The notes under the pieces are model-generated. The model was not told the origin of the DNA, made no database searches, and saw only the letters and a program-made list of their open reading frames with translations. Below, piece after piece: positions 1-12,789 of a DNA stretch of 64,000 nucleotides. Within the stretch, counting starts at the first letter, position 1. Every line of letters starts with the position of its first letter. Source of the DNA: Macrostomum lignano. Lineage: Eukaryota. Where the stretch lies: assembly GCA_002269645.1 (NCBI GenBank), contig NIVC01000291.1:310001-374000 (forward strand), in the 5' to 3' direction. A program made the translations under genes and the position numbers.

Positions 1-654
1 ATCGCCAGGCCCATCTGCGACCCGGGCAAATAGACTCAGTGGTGATAGACAGATCCAGCGCTGATCCATGTCCTTGATTACCTGTCTGATTGCTATAGCT
101 GCAGGATTTGATTTCATATCGATCGATAATTAACCAATTTTACTGTAGCAAACTTCAATTGATATTGCTTGCACTTTTCACGCGGGATGTTTATTATGCT
201 ACTAATAGTAAGCATTGCGGACTGTAATAATATTATGCGCGTCTGGTAATTTATTGTTATTGTAGCCACGCCGACTCCATCCATTTATATGCTGCGTGGT
301 ATGCAGTGTCTTCATGTTGACAACTGAAATTAGACTAATTAATAATAAATAACTACTTAAACTTCTGATTGCCTGTCCTGTCAGACTTGCCAAATCAAAC
401 CTGCGGTCAATGGTAACAAACAGCTAGCGGTATGCTTCAGCTTTATGACCATGTTATGAGCAAATGGACCATTTGCTCCTGGGCAGTGGGATCGAATGAG
501 ATGCCTCAGTGGAACTGGGGCGAGTTAAGGAACAGGAAGTCGAGACTATAATGTTTTGTTTTTAAGTCCTGTCTAATTAATAAAATAGCAGTGGCACAAC
601 TCTGACAACGCTAGTATATTTGAGTGCAGGCATTGCAGAGGAATGTACGAGTAG

Positions 655-2230
655 TCAGTCTCGACACTGGACTAGAGAATATCTTCCTGATTGAAGAAAA
701 CAGAAAACAAAGGATAATTTACAGGCACTACAGAGCGCAGAGTCCCTAAGCACTGGAAAACGAGTTCCGCAGAGCCTCCCCAGCCAGCGGGGCGGCACCT
801 GGCCTTCCAGGTTGAGCACGCGGTCGAAGTAGGCGAGGGCGTGCAGCCGGCCGGCGGTGACAGCACCGCTGAGCTGCAGAATTTTGGCGCGGCGCACCGG
901 GCAGGGGCAGGCGAGCGCCAGCGCCAAGATGTGGCGCCGCTGCAAGGTGTCGATTCGATCGGGGTCGGCATAGCCTGCGGAGCAGCCAGTCTCCAGGAAG
1001 ATGATGGCGCGCAGCTGCAGCAGCTCAGCGTGGCGAAGGTCCAGCAGGCTCAGGCGCTGCGCCAGCACACGGGTGTGCCGGCTAATCGCGGGCACCTGGC
1101 GGATCAGCGGCTCCTGCCGCTCGTGCAGGCTGAAGCCGGAGCAGAAGTTCAGCCAGCCAGTGTAGGGGTGCGAGTTCCAGGCCACCTGCTCATAGCCAAG
1201 TGGGTCCAGGTGTGATGAGTATAGTATTATATATAGCAAGCTGGAGTACAGAACCCACTACGGCCAGCGGACTCCGCACCTGCAGGACGATGACATCCAG
1301 CCAGTGCTGCTGCAGCAGGGCCACCCGATCATCCAGGATGCCATCAAAGCCGGGCAGTCGCTTTGCCCAGCGCACCAGCGCGCCCAGGTATGACTCGACC
1401 AGCAACCAGATGCCTCTGGACATCAGCTCGGTCATGTCTGGGCCGTCCTGACCGGCGGGCCCGCCGCTCAGATCGACCTGCACCGCCTCCAAGTCCGGGG
1501 TGTCGTCCGCGTTTCCTGTCTCCGCCTGCGGCTGGTCTCGGACAGGCTGGTCGGCCGGAATTCCCGAGCCCGATGGCTTTGGCAGCAGGCGTTGATGGAA
1601 GCCTTGTTGAGGTGGCAGCGGTGGTTGCTGAACTCCGGCCACAGGAGTTTGGCAGGCGTGCCCGATCCTGTCAATTCGTATTATTTAAGCTGCTCAGTCA
1701 CTGAATTAGCTTCCGTCACTTCGAACTAGGCTGAGTCACTTTGAACTAGCCTCAGTCACTCTGAACTAGCCTCAGTCATTCTGAACTAAGCTCGGTCACT
1801 CTGAACAAGCCTCAGTCACCTAGAACTAGGCTCAGTCACTCTGAACTAGCCTCGGTCATTCTGAACCAGCCTCAGTCACCCAGAACTAGGCTCAGTCACT
1901 CTGAACTAGCCCAGAATTATTCGGGCACTGATTCTCTCAGCCACTGAGGTTCCAATCAGTCACTAACCCCGTATCCGGGGCAAGCGATCGCACCAGAGCT
2001 GGCCGCATTCCAACTTCAAGGCATTTTTTGAACCGGCAGAAGCCGCAAGATCGGCTGCGCTCAGAGCTGAGCGAGCAGTGGCGCGGCCTCCGCATGCAGT
2101 TGTAGGACAGCGAGAGCTGCACCGTCCGCTTGAAGAAAGACTTGCAGGCGTGGCAGGTCACGGCACCGTAGTGATTGCCGGCCGGGAACGGGCACTGGCA
2201 CACCGAGCAGCGGCTGCCCTCGGCTGTCAT
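655..2230 (-). CDS. Divergent nuclear hormone receptor (C4 zinc-finger DBD + ligand-binding domain), 3 exons
   Basis: DBD CSVC..HYGAVTCHACKSFFKRTVQ..C..C..CGFCRFKKCLEVGM. The LBD signature is WAKRLPGF..DDRVALLQQHWLDVIVLQ|VAWNS. Phase-consistent exons are 2230-1968, 1667-1280 and 1185-655 (donors GTTAGT and GTGCGG; acceptors TTGACAG and GAGCAG). The start could be further upstream, and the last-exon end is less certain. Confidence 0.88.
1715..1915. repeat. ~20-bp tandem repeat (ctcagtcactctgaactagc) in nuclear receptor intron 1
   Basis: About 10 degenerate copies are visible. Confidence 0.85.
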
Positions 2231-2454
2231 TGCGCTCTGCTGGCTGCGATCTAAACGGTTTTGGAAGCTTATTTGAGGCCCGTGGGCTTTGCCCGGCCCA
2301 CCAATTAAGTCTGCACGTCTAACGGCCCAGGTGCTTGTCTTCAGTTCATCCAAGGCGCTTGCCTGGGAACTGGAAAATTATGCCCAACACAGGCCTGTGC
2401 CTTCTGTCAAACACCTGAGCTATTATCCAAAATGCCATGCTTATCTGTAGCTTG

Positions 2455-3965
2455 CACCTGCTCACATCTGGCCCTCACCCTGCTCACTTCTGGCCCTCAC
2501 CCTGCTCACATCTGGCCCTCACCCTGCTCACTTCTGCACCTCACCCTGCTCACTTCTGGCCCTCACCCTGCTCACATCTGGCCTTCACCCTGCTCACTTC
2601 TGCACCTCACCCTGCTCACTTCTGACTCACACCTGCTCACATCTGGCCCTCACCCTGCTCACATCTGGCCCTCACCCGCTCACATCTGGCCCTCACCCTG
2701 CTCACTTCTGCACCTCACCCTGCTCACTTCTGGCCCTCACCCTGCTCACATCTGGCCCTCACCCGCTCACATCTGGCCCTCACCCTGCTCACTTCTGCAC
2801 CTCACCCTGCTCACTTCTGGCCCTCACCCTGCTCACATCTGGCCCTCACCCGCTCACATCTGGCCCTCACCCTGCTCACTTCTGGCCCTCACCCTGCTCA
2901 CATCTGGCCCTCACCCTGCTCACTTCTGCACCTCACCCTGCTCACTTCTGACTCACACCTGCTCACATCTGGCCCTCACCCTGCTCACATCTGGCCCTCA
3001 CCCGCTCACATCTGGCCCTCACCCTGCTCACTTCTGCACCTCACCCTGCTCACTTCTGGCCCTCACCCTGCTCACATCTGGCCCTCACCCGCTCACATCT
3101 GGCCCTCACCCTGCTCACTTCTGCACCTCACCCTGCTCACTTCTGGCCCTCACCCTGCTCACATCTGGCCCTCACCCGCTCACATCTGGCCCTCACCCTG
3201 CTCACTTCTGGCCCTCACCCTGCTCACATCTGGCCCTCACCCTGCTCACTTCTGCACCTCACCCTGCTCACTTCTGGCCCTCACCCTGCTCACATCTGGC
3301 CCTCACCCGCTCACATCTGGCCCTCACCCTGCTCACTTCTGCACCTCACCCTGCTCACTTCTGGCCCTCACCCTGCTCACATCTGGCCCTCACCCTGCTC
3401 ACTTCTGCACCTCACCCTGCTCACTTCTGACTCACATCTGCTCACATCTGGCCCTCACCCTGCTCACATCTGGCCCTCACCCGCTCACATCTGGCCCTCA
3501 CCCTGCTCACAACTGGCCCTCACCCTGCTCACATCTGGCCCTCACCCTGCTCACTTTTGCACCTCACCCTGCTCACTTCTGCTCACATCTGGCCCTCACC
3601 CTGCTCACATCTGGCCCTCACCCTGCTCACATCTGGCCCTCGCCCTGCTCACATCTGGCCCTCACCCTGCTCACATCTGGCCCTCACCCTGCTCACTTTT
3701 GCACCTCACCCTGCTCACTTCTGACTTACCCTGCTCACATCTGGCCCTCGCCCTGCTCACTACTGCACCTCACCCTGCTTACTTCTGACTCACACCTGCT
3801 CACATCTGGTCCTCACCCTGCTCACTACTGCACCTCACCCTGCTCACTTCTGACTCACACCTGCTCACCCTGCTCACTTCTGGCCCTCACCCTGCTCACT
3901 TCTGCCTCACACCTGCTCACTTCTGGCCCTCACCCTGCTCACTTCTGCCTCACACCCTGCTCACA
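2455..3965. repeat. Minisatellite, ~22-bp unit (ctcaccctgctcacatctggcc) with variant units
   Basis: Direct tandem copies over about 1.5 kb. The 332-aa ORF here is a repeat artefact. Confidence 0.95.
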
Positions 3966-4511
3966 CCTTGTCCATCAGGAAATGAATAAACACAATATAT
4001 GCACAACCAAAATGACTCAAACCGGGTATATATGACATTTACAAATGGATGGTAACACTATTGTAAAGCAGATATTACAGAGAGCATATTTAACTGCACT
4101 TAATCAGTGTTTTGTGGAACTTGCAAGGCTTAATCGTCACGCATGCAGATGCAGATATCAAGAGCGACAGTTTCACGATGTATATTGAAAATCCGGAGTA
4201 CCAACTTAGCAAATGACCAATGGAGCCACATATTGAGCAATGTGGGTTAGTGACAGCTGATCATGGCAAGCCTAGCAGCAGACACGCCTTGAGAATAGGA
4301 CAGAAAAACCAGGGCTGCGGCAGACAGTACAGAAAGCACTTTGCCAGCTCGGAAGTTTTCAGTCTCGAGATTTTGAAAACCTGGCTGCTATTGAACAGGA
4401 TTGGCATGCTCTGTACTGGTATTGAAATTTACTCAACATTTATTGAAATATATCCGAGTCTAAGGAAAGTTTATAGTTAAGCAGTGGCTCAAAAAACGAA
4501 TACATAGAATC

Positions 4512-4860
4512 AGGATCTGGGAGGGTGGCGGTGGCCCAGCAACTGAGGATCTGGTAGGGCGGTGGCCCAGCAACTGAGGATCTGGTAGGGAGATGGCCCA
4601 GCAATTGAGGATCTGGTAGGGCGGTGGCCCAGCAACTGAGGATCTGGGAGGGTGGTGGCCCAGCAACTGAGGATCTGGGAGGGTGGTGGCCCAGCAACTG
4701 AGGATCTGGGAGGGTGGTGGCCAAGCAACTGAGGATCTGGGAGGGTGGTGGCCCAGCAACTGAGGATCTGGGAGGGTGGTGGCCCAGCAACTGAGGATCT
4801 GGGAGGGTGGTGGCCCAGCAACTGAGGATCTTGGTAGGGCGGTGGCCCAGCAACTGAGGG
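4512..4860. repeat. 28-29-bp minisatellite (ggtggcccagcaactgaggatctgggag), same family as 20130-21025 and 21830-21965
   Basis: About 11 copies. The reverse complement matches the unit at 20450-21020. Confidence 0.92.
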
Positions 4861-4975
4861 TGAGAGGGCACTGCAAGTCTCCCAGTGGATCAGCATGATA
4901 ATCGCAGGTAGTGATCCTGATGATCCGGCAGTCCCAGCATCATTATGGCCGGAGTCGCAGACGGCAGGATGGCTA

Positions 4976-6533
4976 TTAGACTCTAACTGGCCCGGAGCCT
5001 CCGGCCGCATCGCCGGACTCCTGCGGCAGAACCTGCTGCAAGCGGCGCAGCTGCTCGCTGAAGGCGCGGTCCTTCAGTAGGCCTGTCATGGCGCCGATGT
5101 TGCAATCCGGCTGCCCGATGAGCGTCACCACCAGCGGCTGGCAGCTGAGCAGCACGATCTGGGTGGGATGGAGGGGGGGTAGAGGCAGAGCTGACATGGG
5201 TCTGGCAATGGCTGACAGTTGATGTGACGCACACGGATCTCAAAGTAACCGACAAGACTGACAATGACCGACACACAGATCTGACAGTGACTTAATTCTG
5301 ACACACGGAGCTGATGATAATGACTCACAAGTCTGACACACGGAGCTGATAATGACTCACAAGTCTGACACACGGAGCTGATTATGACTCACAAGTCTGA
5401 CACACGGAGATGATGATAATGACTCACAAGTCTGACACACGGAGCTGATGATAATGACTCACAAGTCTGACACACGGAGCTGTTGATAATGACTCACAAG
5501 TCTGACACACGGAGATGATGATAATGACTCACAAGTCTGACACACGGAGATGATGATAATGACTCACAAGTCTGACACACGGAGCTGATGATAATGACTC
5601 ACAAGTCTGACACACGGAGATGATGATAATGACTCACAAGTCTGACACACGGAGATGATGATAATGACTCACAAGTCTGACAGACGGAGATGATGATAAT
5701 GACTCACAAGTCTGACACACGGAGCTGTTGATAATGACTCACAAGTCTGAAACACGGAGATGATGATAATGACTCACAAGTCTGACACACGGAGCTGTTG
5801 ATAATGACTCACAAGTCTGACACACGGAGCTGTTGATAATGACTCACAAGTCTGAAACACGGAGATGATGATAATGACTCACAAGTCTGAAACACGGAGA
5901 TGATGATAATGACTCACAAGTCTGACACACGGAGATGATGATAATGACTCACAAGTCTGACACACGGAGATGATGATAATGACTCACAAGTCTGACACAC
6001 GGAGCTGATAATGACTCACAAGTCTGACACACGGAGCTGATGATAATGACTCACAAGTCTGACACACGGAGCTGATAATGACTCACAAGTCTGACACACG
6101 GAGCTGATGATAATGACTCACAAGTCTGACACAAGGGACTGACACTAGCTTACAAGTCTGCTGACCCAGATGCATCTAACAGTGGCAGACAAAACCTGAC
6201 ACATGCATATTGACAGTAGCTGACAAGCCTAACAAATAGCTGACAACACGGAAATGACAAGCAGTCGGAAATTAGCCCCAAGACTCTTACCGTCATTTGG
6301 CCATAGTTGGTGACGAAGGCGCTGGCCGGGCCGACCCCCAGCTTGCCGGCCTGCTCGGCCGCCTGGCAGAAGCCGGGCACCAGGCCGCGCTTCACGACAG
6401 CCTCCACGGCCCACTGGCACTCGGGCTGGGCGGCGCTCATCAGACCAACGCCGTCTCGGTCCGACAGCAAAATGGCAGACAGGCCGTCCACCTGGGACAG
6501 GTAGCTCTCTAGGAAGCGCCTGAGTGAGTCCAT
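4976..6533 (-). CDS. LAMTOR3: Ragulator complex subunit LAMTOR3 (MP1), 2 exons, 141 aa
   Basis: MDSLRRFLESYLSQVDGLSAILLSDRDGV...QAGKLG...|IVLLSCQPLVVTLIG..CNIGAM parallels recalled LAMTOR3 (LKRFL..VEGLHAIVVSDRDGV..QGSKLG..PLVVSFIA). Exons are 6533-6291 and 5158-4976 (donor GTAAGA, acceptor CACCCAG, phase 0). A minus-strand AATAAA lies at 4444-4439. Confidence 0.92.
5300..6140. repeat. ~35-bp minisatellite (gactcacaagtctgacacacggagctgatgataat) in the LAMTOR3 intron
   Basis: About 24 tandem copies. Confidence 0.95.
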
Positions 6534-6589
6534 TGCGCGGTTCTCTATCGGGCTGTGGCTGCTGGCTGGAAGCAGTGGGCAAGGAGGGT

Positions 6590-7750
6590 GTTGACTGATG
6601 GGCATGGCTGACACAATGGGGCCAAACTGATGGGCATGGCTGACACAATGGGGTCAGACTGATGGGCACCGCTGACACAATGGGGTCAGACTGATGGGCA
6701 CGGCTGACACAATGGGGTCAGACTGATGGGCACCGCTGACACAATGGGGTCAGAATGATGGGCATGGCTGACACAATGGGGTCAGACTGATGGGCATGGC
6801 TGACACAATGGGGTCAGACTGATGGGCATGGCTGACACAATGGGGTCAGAATGATGGGCATGGCTGACACAATGGGGTCAGACTGATGGGCATGGCTGAC
6901 ACAATGGGGTCAGAATGATGGGCATGGCTGACACAATGGGGTCAGACTGATGGGCACCGCTGACACAATGGGGTCAGACTGATGGGCACCGCTGACACAA
7001 TGGGGTCAGACTGATGGGCATGGCTGACACAATGGGGTCAGAATGATGGGCATGGCTGACACAATGGGGTCAGACTGATGGGCACCGCTGACACAATGGG
7101 GTCAGACTGATGGGCACCGCTGACACAATGGGGTCAGACTGATGGGCATGGCTGACACAATGGGGTCAGAATGATGGGCATGGCTGACACAATGGGGTCA
7201 GACTGATGGGCACCGCTGACACAATGGGGTCAGACTGATGGGCACCGCTGACACAATGGGGTCAGACTGATGGGCATGGCTGACACAATGGGGTCAGAAT
7301 GATGGGCATGGCTGACACAATGGGGTCAGACTGATGGGCATGGCTGACACAATGGGGTGACTGGGGTCAGACTGATGGGCATGGCTGACACAATGGGGTC
7401 AGACTGATGGGCATGGCTGACACAATGGGGTCAGACTGATGGGCATGGCTGACACAATGGGGTCAGAATGATGGGCATGGCTGACACAATGGGGTCAGAC
7501 TGATGGGCATGGCTGACACAATGGGGTCAGACTGATGGGCATGGCTGACACAATGGGGTCAGAATGATGGGCATGGCTGACACAATGGGGTCAGACTGAT
7601 GGGCATGGCTGACACAATGGGGTCAGAATGATGGGCATGGCTGACACAATGGGGTCAGACTGATGGGCATGGCTGACACAATGGGGTCAGACTGATGGGC
7701 ATGGCTGACACAATGGGGTCAGACTGATGGGCATGGCTGACACAATGGGG
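6590..7750. repeat. 32-bp minisatellite (gctgacacaatggggtcagactgatgggcatg)
   Basis: About 36 tandem copies immediately 5' of LAMTOR3. Confidence 0.95.
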
Positions 7751-7789
7751 CTAGCCAACAGTGGCACATCATATATGACACGTGGAATG

Positions 7790-8440
7790 CCACACCTGAC
7801 CTGACACACTGGCCCTGGGGGCAGGCAGTGGCACACCTGACCTGACACACTGGCCCTGGGGGGGGGCAGACAGCGGCACACCTGACCTGACACATTGGCC
7901 CCGGAGGGCAGACAGTGGCACACCTGACCTGACACACTGGCCCTGGGGGCAGACAGCGGCACACCTGACCTGACACACTGGCCCTGGGGGCAGACAGTGG
8001 CACACCTGACCTGACACACTGGCCCTGGGGGGCAGACAGTGGCACACCTGACCTGACACACTGGCCCTGGGGGGCAGACAGCCGCACACCTGACCTGACA
8101 CACTGGCCCTGGGGGGCAGACAGTGGCACACCTGACCTGACACACTGGCCCTGGGGGGGGGGAGGTAGACAGCGGCACACCTGACCTGACACACTGGCCC
8201 TGGGGGGGGGAGGTAGACAGCGGCACACCTGACCTGACACACTGGCCCTGGGGGCAGACAGCTGCACACCTGACCTGACACACTGGCCCTGGGGGCAGAC
8301 AGTCGCACACCTGACCTGACACACTGGCCCTGGGGGCAGACGGCGGCACACCTGACCTGACACACTGGCCCTGGGGGGCAGACAGCCGCACAACTGACCT
8401 GACACACTGGCCCTGGGGGGCAGACAGCCGCACACCTGAC
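7790..8440. repeat. ~41-45-bp minisatellite (gacacactggccctg(g)ncagacagtggcacacctgacct)
   Basis: About 15 copies with a variable G-run. Confidence 0.93.
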
Positions 8441-9217
8441 ACAGTAAGATAAATTAAGACAAAAAGCAGGCCACTTTGCCATTTCTAGAACAGAAAAAGT
8501 GCAAATAAACACAAAGAATATATTTGATGAGATCAGAAGCCGTGATACCATATTAAAAACTGCTAAAAATGTCTGTAAAAATTCCCCGGAGATGCAGCTA
8601 AGCAGGAAGCTGAACTTTTGTGAAAAAAAAAACTGTTGGAAAAAGCTGGAAATAATCAATAGAATAAAAACAATACTGACAATGAGAATAGGGCAGACTG
8701 ACAGAACTAATAGCACTGGATAATACTGGGCAGTAAGCACTTGATAAATGCTGTTACAACACCAATGGAATACAATAGATAAATTCAGATATTTTTCAGC
8801 CAGTTTTCAGGTTCACTTGATTGTCAATAAGTTTAAAAAGCCTCAGGCTGCGACATGACAATGCAATAAAATTAAGCCTCTCAAGCCATTACAGGCTGTG
8901 ATAAGCCATAAAAATAAATAATTAGTAAAATATTTGTGATTTGTGATTGGTGAAAATTAGTGATTTTACCGAAAAAGTTGTGGTGCGTTTTTCACGAAAT
9001 GAGATCCTTTGACCATTGTGGCCCCGACCCCAGAGGATGATGAAATTGCAAAGTTTTTAGAATTAGCTTGAAACGGGAAGATTTATGATTTTTGTTAAAA
9101 GCTAGCGCATTTTTTTCACTGATCTTGAAGCAAATTTTGATCCCCCAATGAGTCGTGGTATTTGCAGCGACATTCCCTAACCGCCGACGTCCCGGGAGTG
9201 TCTCAGCGACGCCAAAG

Positions 9218-10815
9218 TCAGCCCACGAACTCTCCGCTAGCGTCGAATTCCACCGCGGCAGCGGCGCCATCGGCCAGCAGCTGCTGGGAGTCGGCGACGG
9301 CGCCCCTCAACGACTGCGGCATGGGTGGCGGTGGCGGCCGCTCCAAGGCCGGGTCCAGGCTGAGCAGCAGGATGAGCACCGCGCAGCAGACCGCCAGCGC
9401 CACCAGCCACGTGGCCGTGGAGCGGGCCTTTGGAGTCGGCGACGCTTCCGGCGGGATCGGCGTGCCAGCGCCGCCTCTGCGACTGCCGACACCGGTACGA
9501 GTGGAGCTGGTGCCGCTGTGGGATTGGGAATTCGGGGGCTCTGTGGTGCCGCTGCGGGATTGGGAATTCGGGACTCTGTGGTGCCGCTGCGGGATTGGGA
9601 ATTCGGGGGCTCTGTGGTGCCGCTGCGGGATTGGGAATTCGGGGGCTCTGTGGTGCCGCTGCGGGATTGGGAATTCGGGGCTCTGTGGTGCCGCTGCGGG
9701 ATTGGGAATTCGGGGCTCTGTGGTGCCGCTGCGGGATTGGGAATTCGGGGGCTCTGTGGTGCCGCTGCGGGATTGGGAATTCGGGGGCTCTGTGGTGCCG
9801 CTGCGGGATTGGGAATTCGGGACTCTGTGGTGCCGCTGTGGGATTAGGAATTCGGGGGCTCTGTGGTGCTGCTGCGGGATTGGAGATTCGGGACCCTGTG
9901 GTGCCGCTGCGGGATTGGAGATTCGGGACCCTGTGGTGCCGCTGTGGGATTGGGAATTCGGGGGCTCTGTGGTGCCGCTGCGGGATTGGAGATTCGGGAC
10001 CCTGTGGTGCCGCTGTGGGATTGGGAATTCGGGGGCTCTGTGGTGCCGCTGCGGGATTGGGAATCCGGGGGCTCTGTGGTCCCGCTGCGGGATTGGGAAT
10101 TCGGGGGCTCTGTGGTGCCGCTGCGGGATTGGGAATTCGGGACTCTGTGGTGCCGCTGCGGGATTGGGAATTCGGGACTCTGTGGTGCCGCTGCGGGATT
10201 GGGAATTCGGGGCTCTGTGGTGCCGCTGCGGGATTGGGAATTCGGGGGCTCTGTGGTGCCGCTGCGGGATTGGGAATTCGGGGGCTCTGTGGTGCCGCTG
10301 CGGGATTGGGGATTCGGGACTCTGTGGTGCCGCTGTGGGATTGGGGATTCGGGACTCTGGTGCCGCTGTGGGATTGGGGATTCGGGACTCTGTGGTGCCG
10401 CTGTGGGATTGGGGATTCGGGACTCTGTGGTGCCGCTGTGGGATTGGGGATTCAGGACTCTGTGGTGCCGCTGTGGGATTGGGTATTCGGGACTCTGTGG
10501 TGCCGCTGTGGGATTGGGGATTCGGGACTCTGGTGCCGCTGTGGGATTGGGGATTCGGAACTCTGTGGTGCCGCTGCGGGATTGGGGATTCGAGACTTGG
10601 TGGTCCCGCAGCGGGATTCGGCCTGGAACTCACCAGCTAGCCAGGGAAACAGTGGATGAGTAAGGCACCTGGCCATCCAAGCACCTGGCCAATTTTCGCT
10701 CAATGAGCCGCCTGTTGAACCAGCTGACCGGAGGCACAGATTCCGGCACTAGAAATCCGCTCAGCTCGCGGTGAAGTTCCTCATCGCTAAGATTTTGAAT
10801 CCGAACTGAAGACAT
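9218..10815 (-). CDS. LEM-domain, single-pass inner-nuclear-membrane protein (emerin-like architecture), 2 exons, 156 aa
   Basis: N-terminal IQNLSDEELHRELSGFLVPESVPPVSWFNRRLIERKLARCL fits the LEM pattern. Exon 1 is 10815-10634 (donor TG|GTGAGT) and exon 2 is 9506-9218 (acceptor ACCAG); phase 2 matches. Exon 2 encodes the hydrophobic helix WLVALAVCCAVLILLLSL. Confidence 0.78.
9507..10625. repeat. ~30-32-bp minisatellite (ctgtggtgccgctgcgggattgggaattcggggg) filling the LEM-gene intron
   Basis: About 35 tandem copies running up to the acceptor. Confidence 0.95.
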
Positions 10816-11006
10816 TCGATGGCCAGATTTCCGCTGAATAAACAGCTCGACTGGAAGTTACAGATAATGTTAATTGTAAGAATATATTATAATGCATTAT
10901 ATCGTATGCCTAGAATTAAAGTAAAAAGTGCATCTGCATATTGAGTTATCGAATTTAGTTAGGATACCATTGTCGAAGGGGTTATACAAGGGGGGGGGGG
11001 TTACAA

Positions 11007-11300
11007 GGGGGCTGTAGCCTAATGGTTAGTTAGTGTTGGACTCACAACTTGAAGGCCAGGGGTCCAATTCTCAATCCCACTTGGACAATTTATGCCCTTG
11101 AGCAAGACACTTAACTCTGCATTGCTTCAGTTCACCCAGCTGTAAAATGGATGCCAGTAGTAGCTGGGGTAATTGAGGGTGTGTGGCAACTCCCAGTCCT
11201 TGGACTAAACAGCTATATATAGCCTTCAGATGCGCCACACAATAGCTGTGGCTGAGCTGTCAGATGCATATCTAGCCAAATTGGGGCAGGTGTAATCAAT
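11007..11300 (+). mobile_element. tRNA-derived SINE-like element (second family) with CORE-like central block
   Basis: A-box-like gctgtagcctaatggttag and a degenerate B-box gggtccaattctc are followed by cccttgagcaagacacttaac...ttcacccagctgtaaaatgg, which resembles conserved central SINE domains (recalled, not searched). Ends are approximate. Confidence 0.55.
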
Positions 11301-11570
11301 TATTAATTATCATTACAAGAACTAATAAAATACTTGTCATTCTACATACAAAAATTTCATCATCCTTTTTTGAATTTCTTAAGCTCATAACTTGGCAATA
11401 AACTGATAAATAAAAAACAATATCAGTTTATATAAATAGAAAGATTCAAACACAGTTTTATCCTATATGCACATTGTGCAATTAATGTAATAGGGAGTTA
11501 AGCTTAAGATTAATGCAGTCCTAGCCATTTATTTTTATATAATAAAAAGCACTTTGGGGGGGTTTTTACA

Positions 11571-11760
11571 AAAAAATATAACCTGGTTATTGGATATTGG
11601 TATGGTCAAAAAAATATAACCTGGTTATTGGATATTGGTCAATGGTCAAAAAATATAACCTGGTTATTGGATATTGGTTAATTAATATCCAATAACCAGG
11701 TTATATTTTTTTGAGGTTAACCAGATTCAATAACCAGGTTATTGGATGTTGGCCAAAATA
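11571..11760. repeat. Three direct copies plus one inverted copy of aaaaaatataacctggttattggatattgg (hairpin-capable)
   Basis: Direct copies start near 11571, 11610 and 11649. An inverted copy centred on ttaattaa ends near 11711. Confidence 0.85.
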
Positions 11761-11989
11761 TCAACTGACCTGTTAAGCCTAGGCCCTTAGCTTAGGACTA
11801 ACTCTTCTTTCTGACTAGACTAGGTAGGGACTAGGCTTTGTTCTTTTGACCTATTCTTGGACTTGAAGAATATAAGAAGGCAATGAAAGAGAAAATCCAA
11901 AAAGCAGAATAAAAAAGTTAATATAGGCCTAGGCCTATTACCAGTATTTTTGCACTAACAGGCTATGAGGCTAGGGGCCTATTAAATTA

Positions 11990-12771
11990 GGCAGTGACTA
12001 TTTGTCTGGTACCGGACAAATAAAAGTGAAGTTATTTGTCCAGTACTAGATAAATAAAAGTGAAGTTATTTGTCCAGTACTGGATAAAGTGAAGTTATTC
12101 GTCCGGCACAGTATAGACTTGGATATATAATAAAAACTTGTAAAATACAGGGAATACTCAAAAAAGTAGTATATAGTTCACTTTTTGGCTAGAAGCAGAA
12201 AATATTCGTTGTGATTAGATAGTGCTGTTTCTCAGAAATTCTAGAACTTTGGGCAAAAAATACTTGGGCATAGTCTACATGTCATTGCTCGATCCAGCAG
12301 TTTTGTACAATTTTTACCTTTATCATATTTCATTCTATACATATCGGTATGTTTTGGTTTAGTAGACAGTAGTCATAGTACAGTCAAAATTAATAACGAT
12401 ATTTGCTGTTGTATAGCACAAACGCCAAAGTAAGGACTTAAAGTTATAATTACAATAACACTTGGAGTTGTTACAATAAAAAAGTGGAGTCTTCACTACA
12501 GACTCGAACTCAGTGGTCAGTACTGACTAATCATCAGGAAGACACTCTAACATCACGCTAGTATACCTAGCTAGAAAAGATGCGCAGAGTGGCAATTCAC
12601 GCAGCTTAGCCGGTACCGGACGAATAACTTCACTGTTATTTATCCGGTACCGGACGAATAACTTCACTGTTATTTATCCGGTACCGGACGAATAACTTCA
12701 CTGTTATTTATCCGGTACCGGACGAATAAATTCACTTTTATTTATCCGGTACCGGACGAATAGTCACTGCC
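11990..12771. mobile_element. Non-autonomous foldback/MITE-type DNA transposon with arrayed palindromic subterminal units
   Basis: The left end ggcagtgactatttgtctggtaccggacaaataaaagtgaa is the near-perfect reverse complement of the right end ttcacttttatttatccggtaccggacgaatagtcactgcc. There are 3 left and 5 right copies of a ~33-bp unit. No clean TSD is visible. Confidence 0.8.
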
Positions 12772-12789
12772 ATTAAACTCTTCAAGAAG

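Noticed and set aside
8499-8723. 74-aa Lys/Asn-rich ORF
   Set aside because: AT-rich composition unlike host exons, no splice context and no motif, so it is likely a chance ORF.
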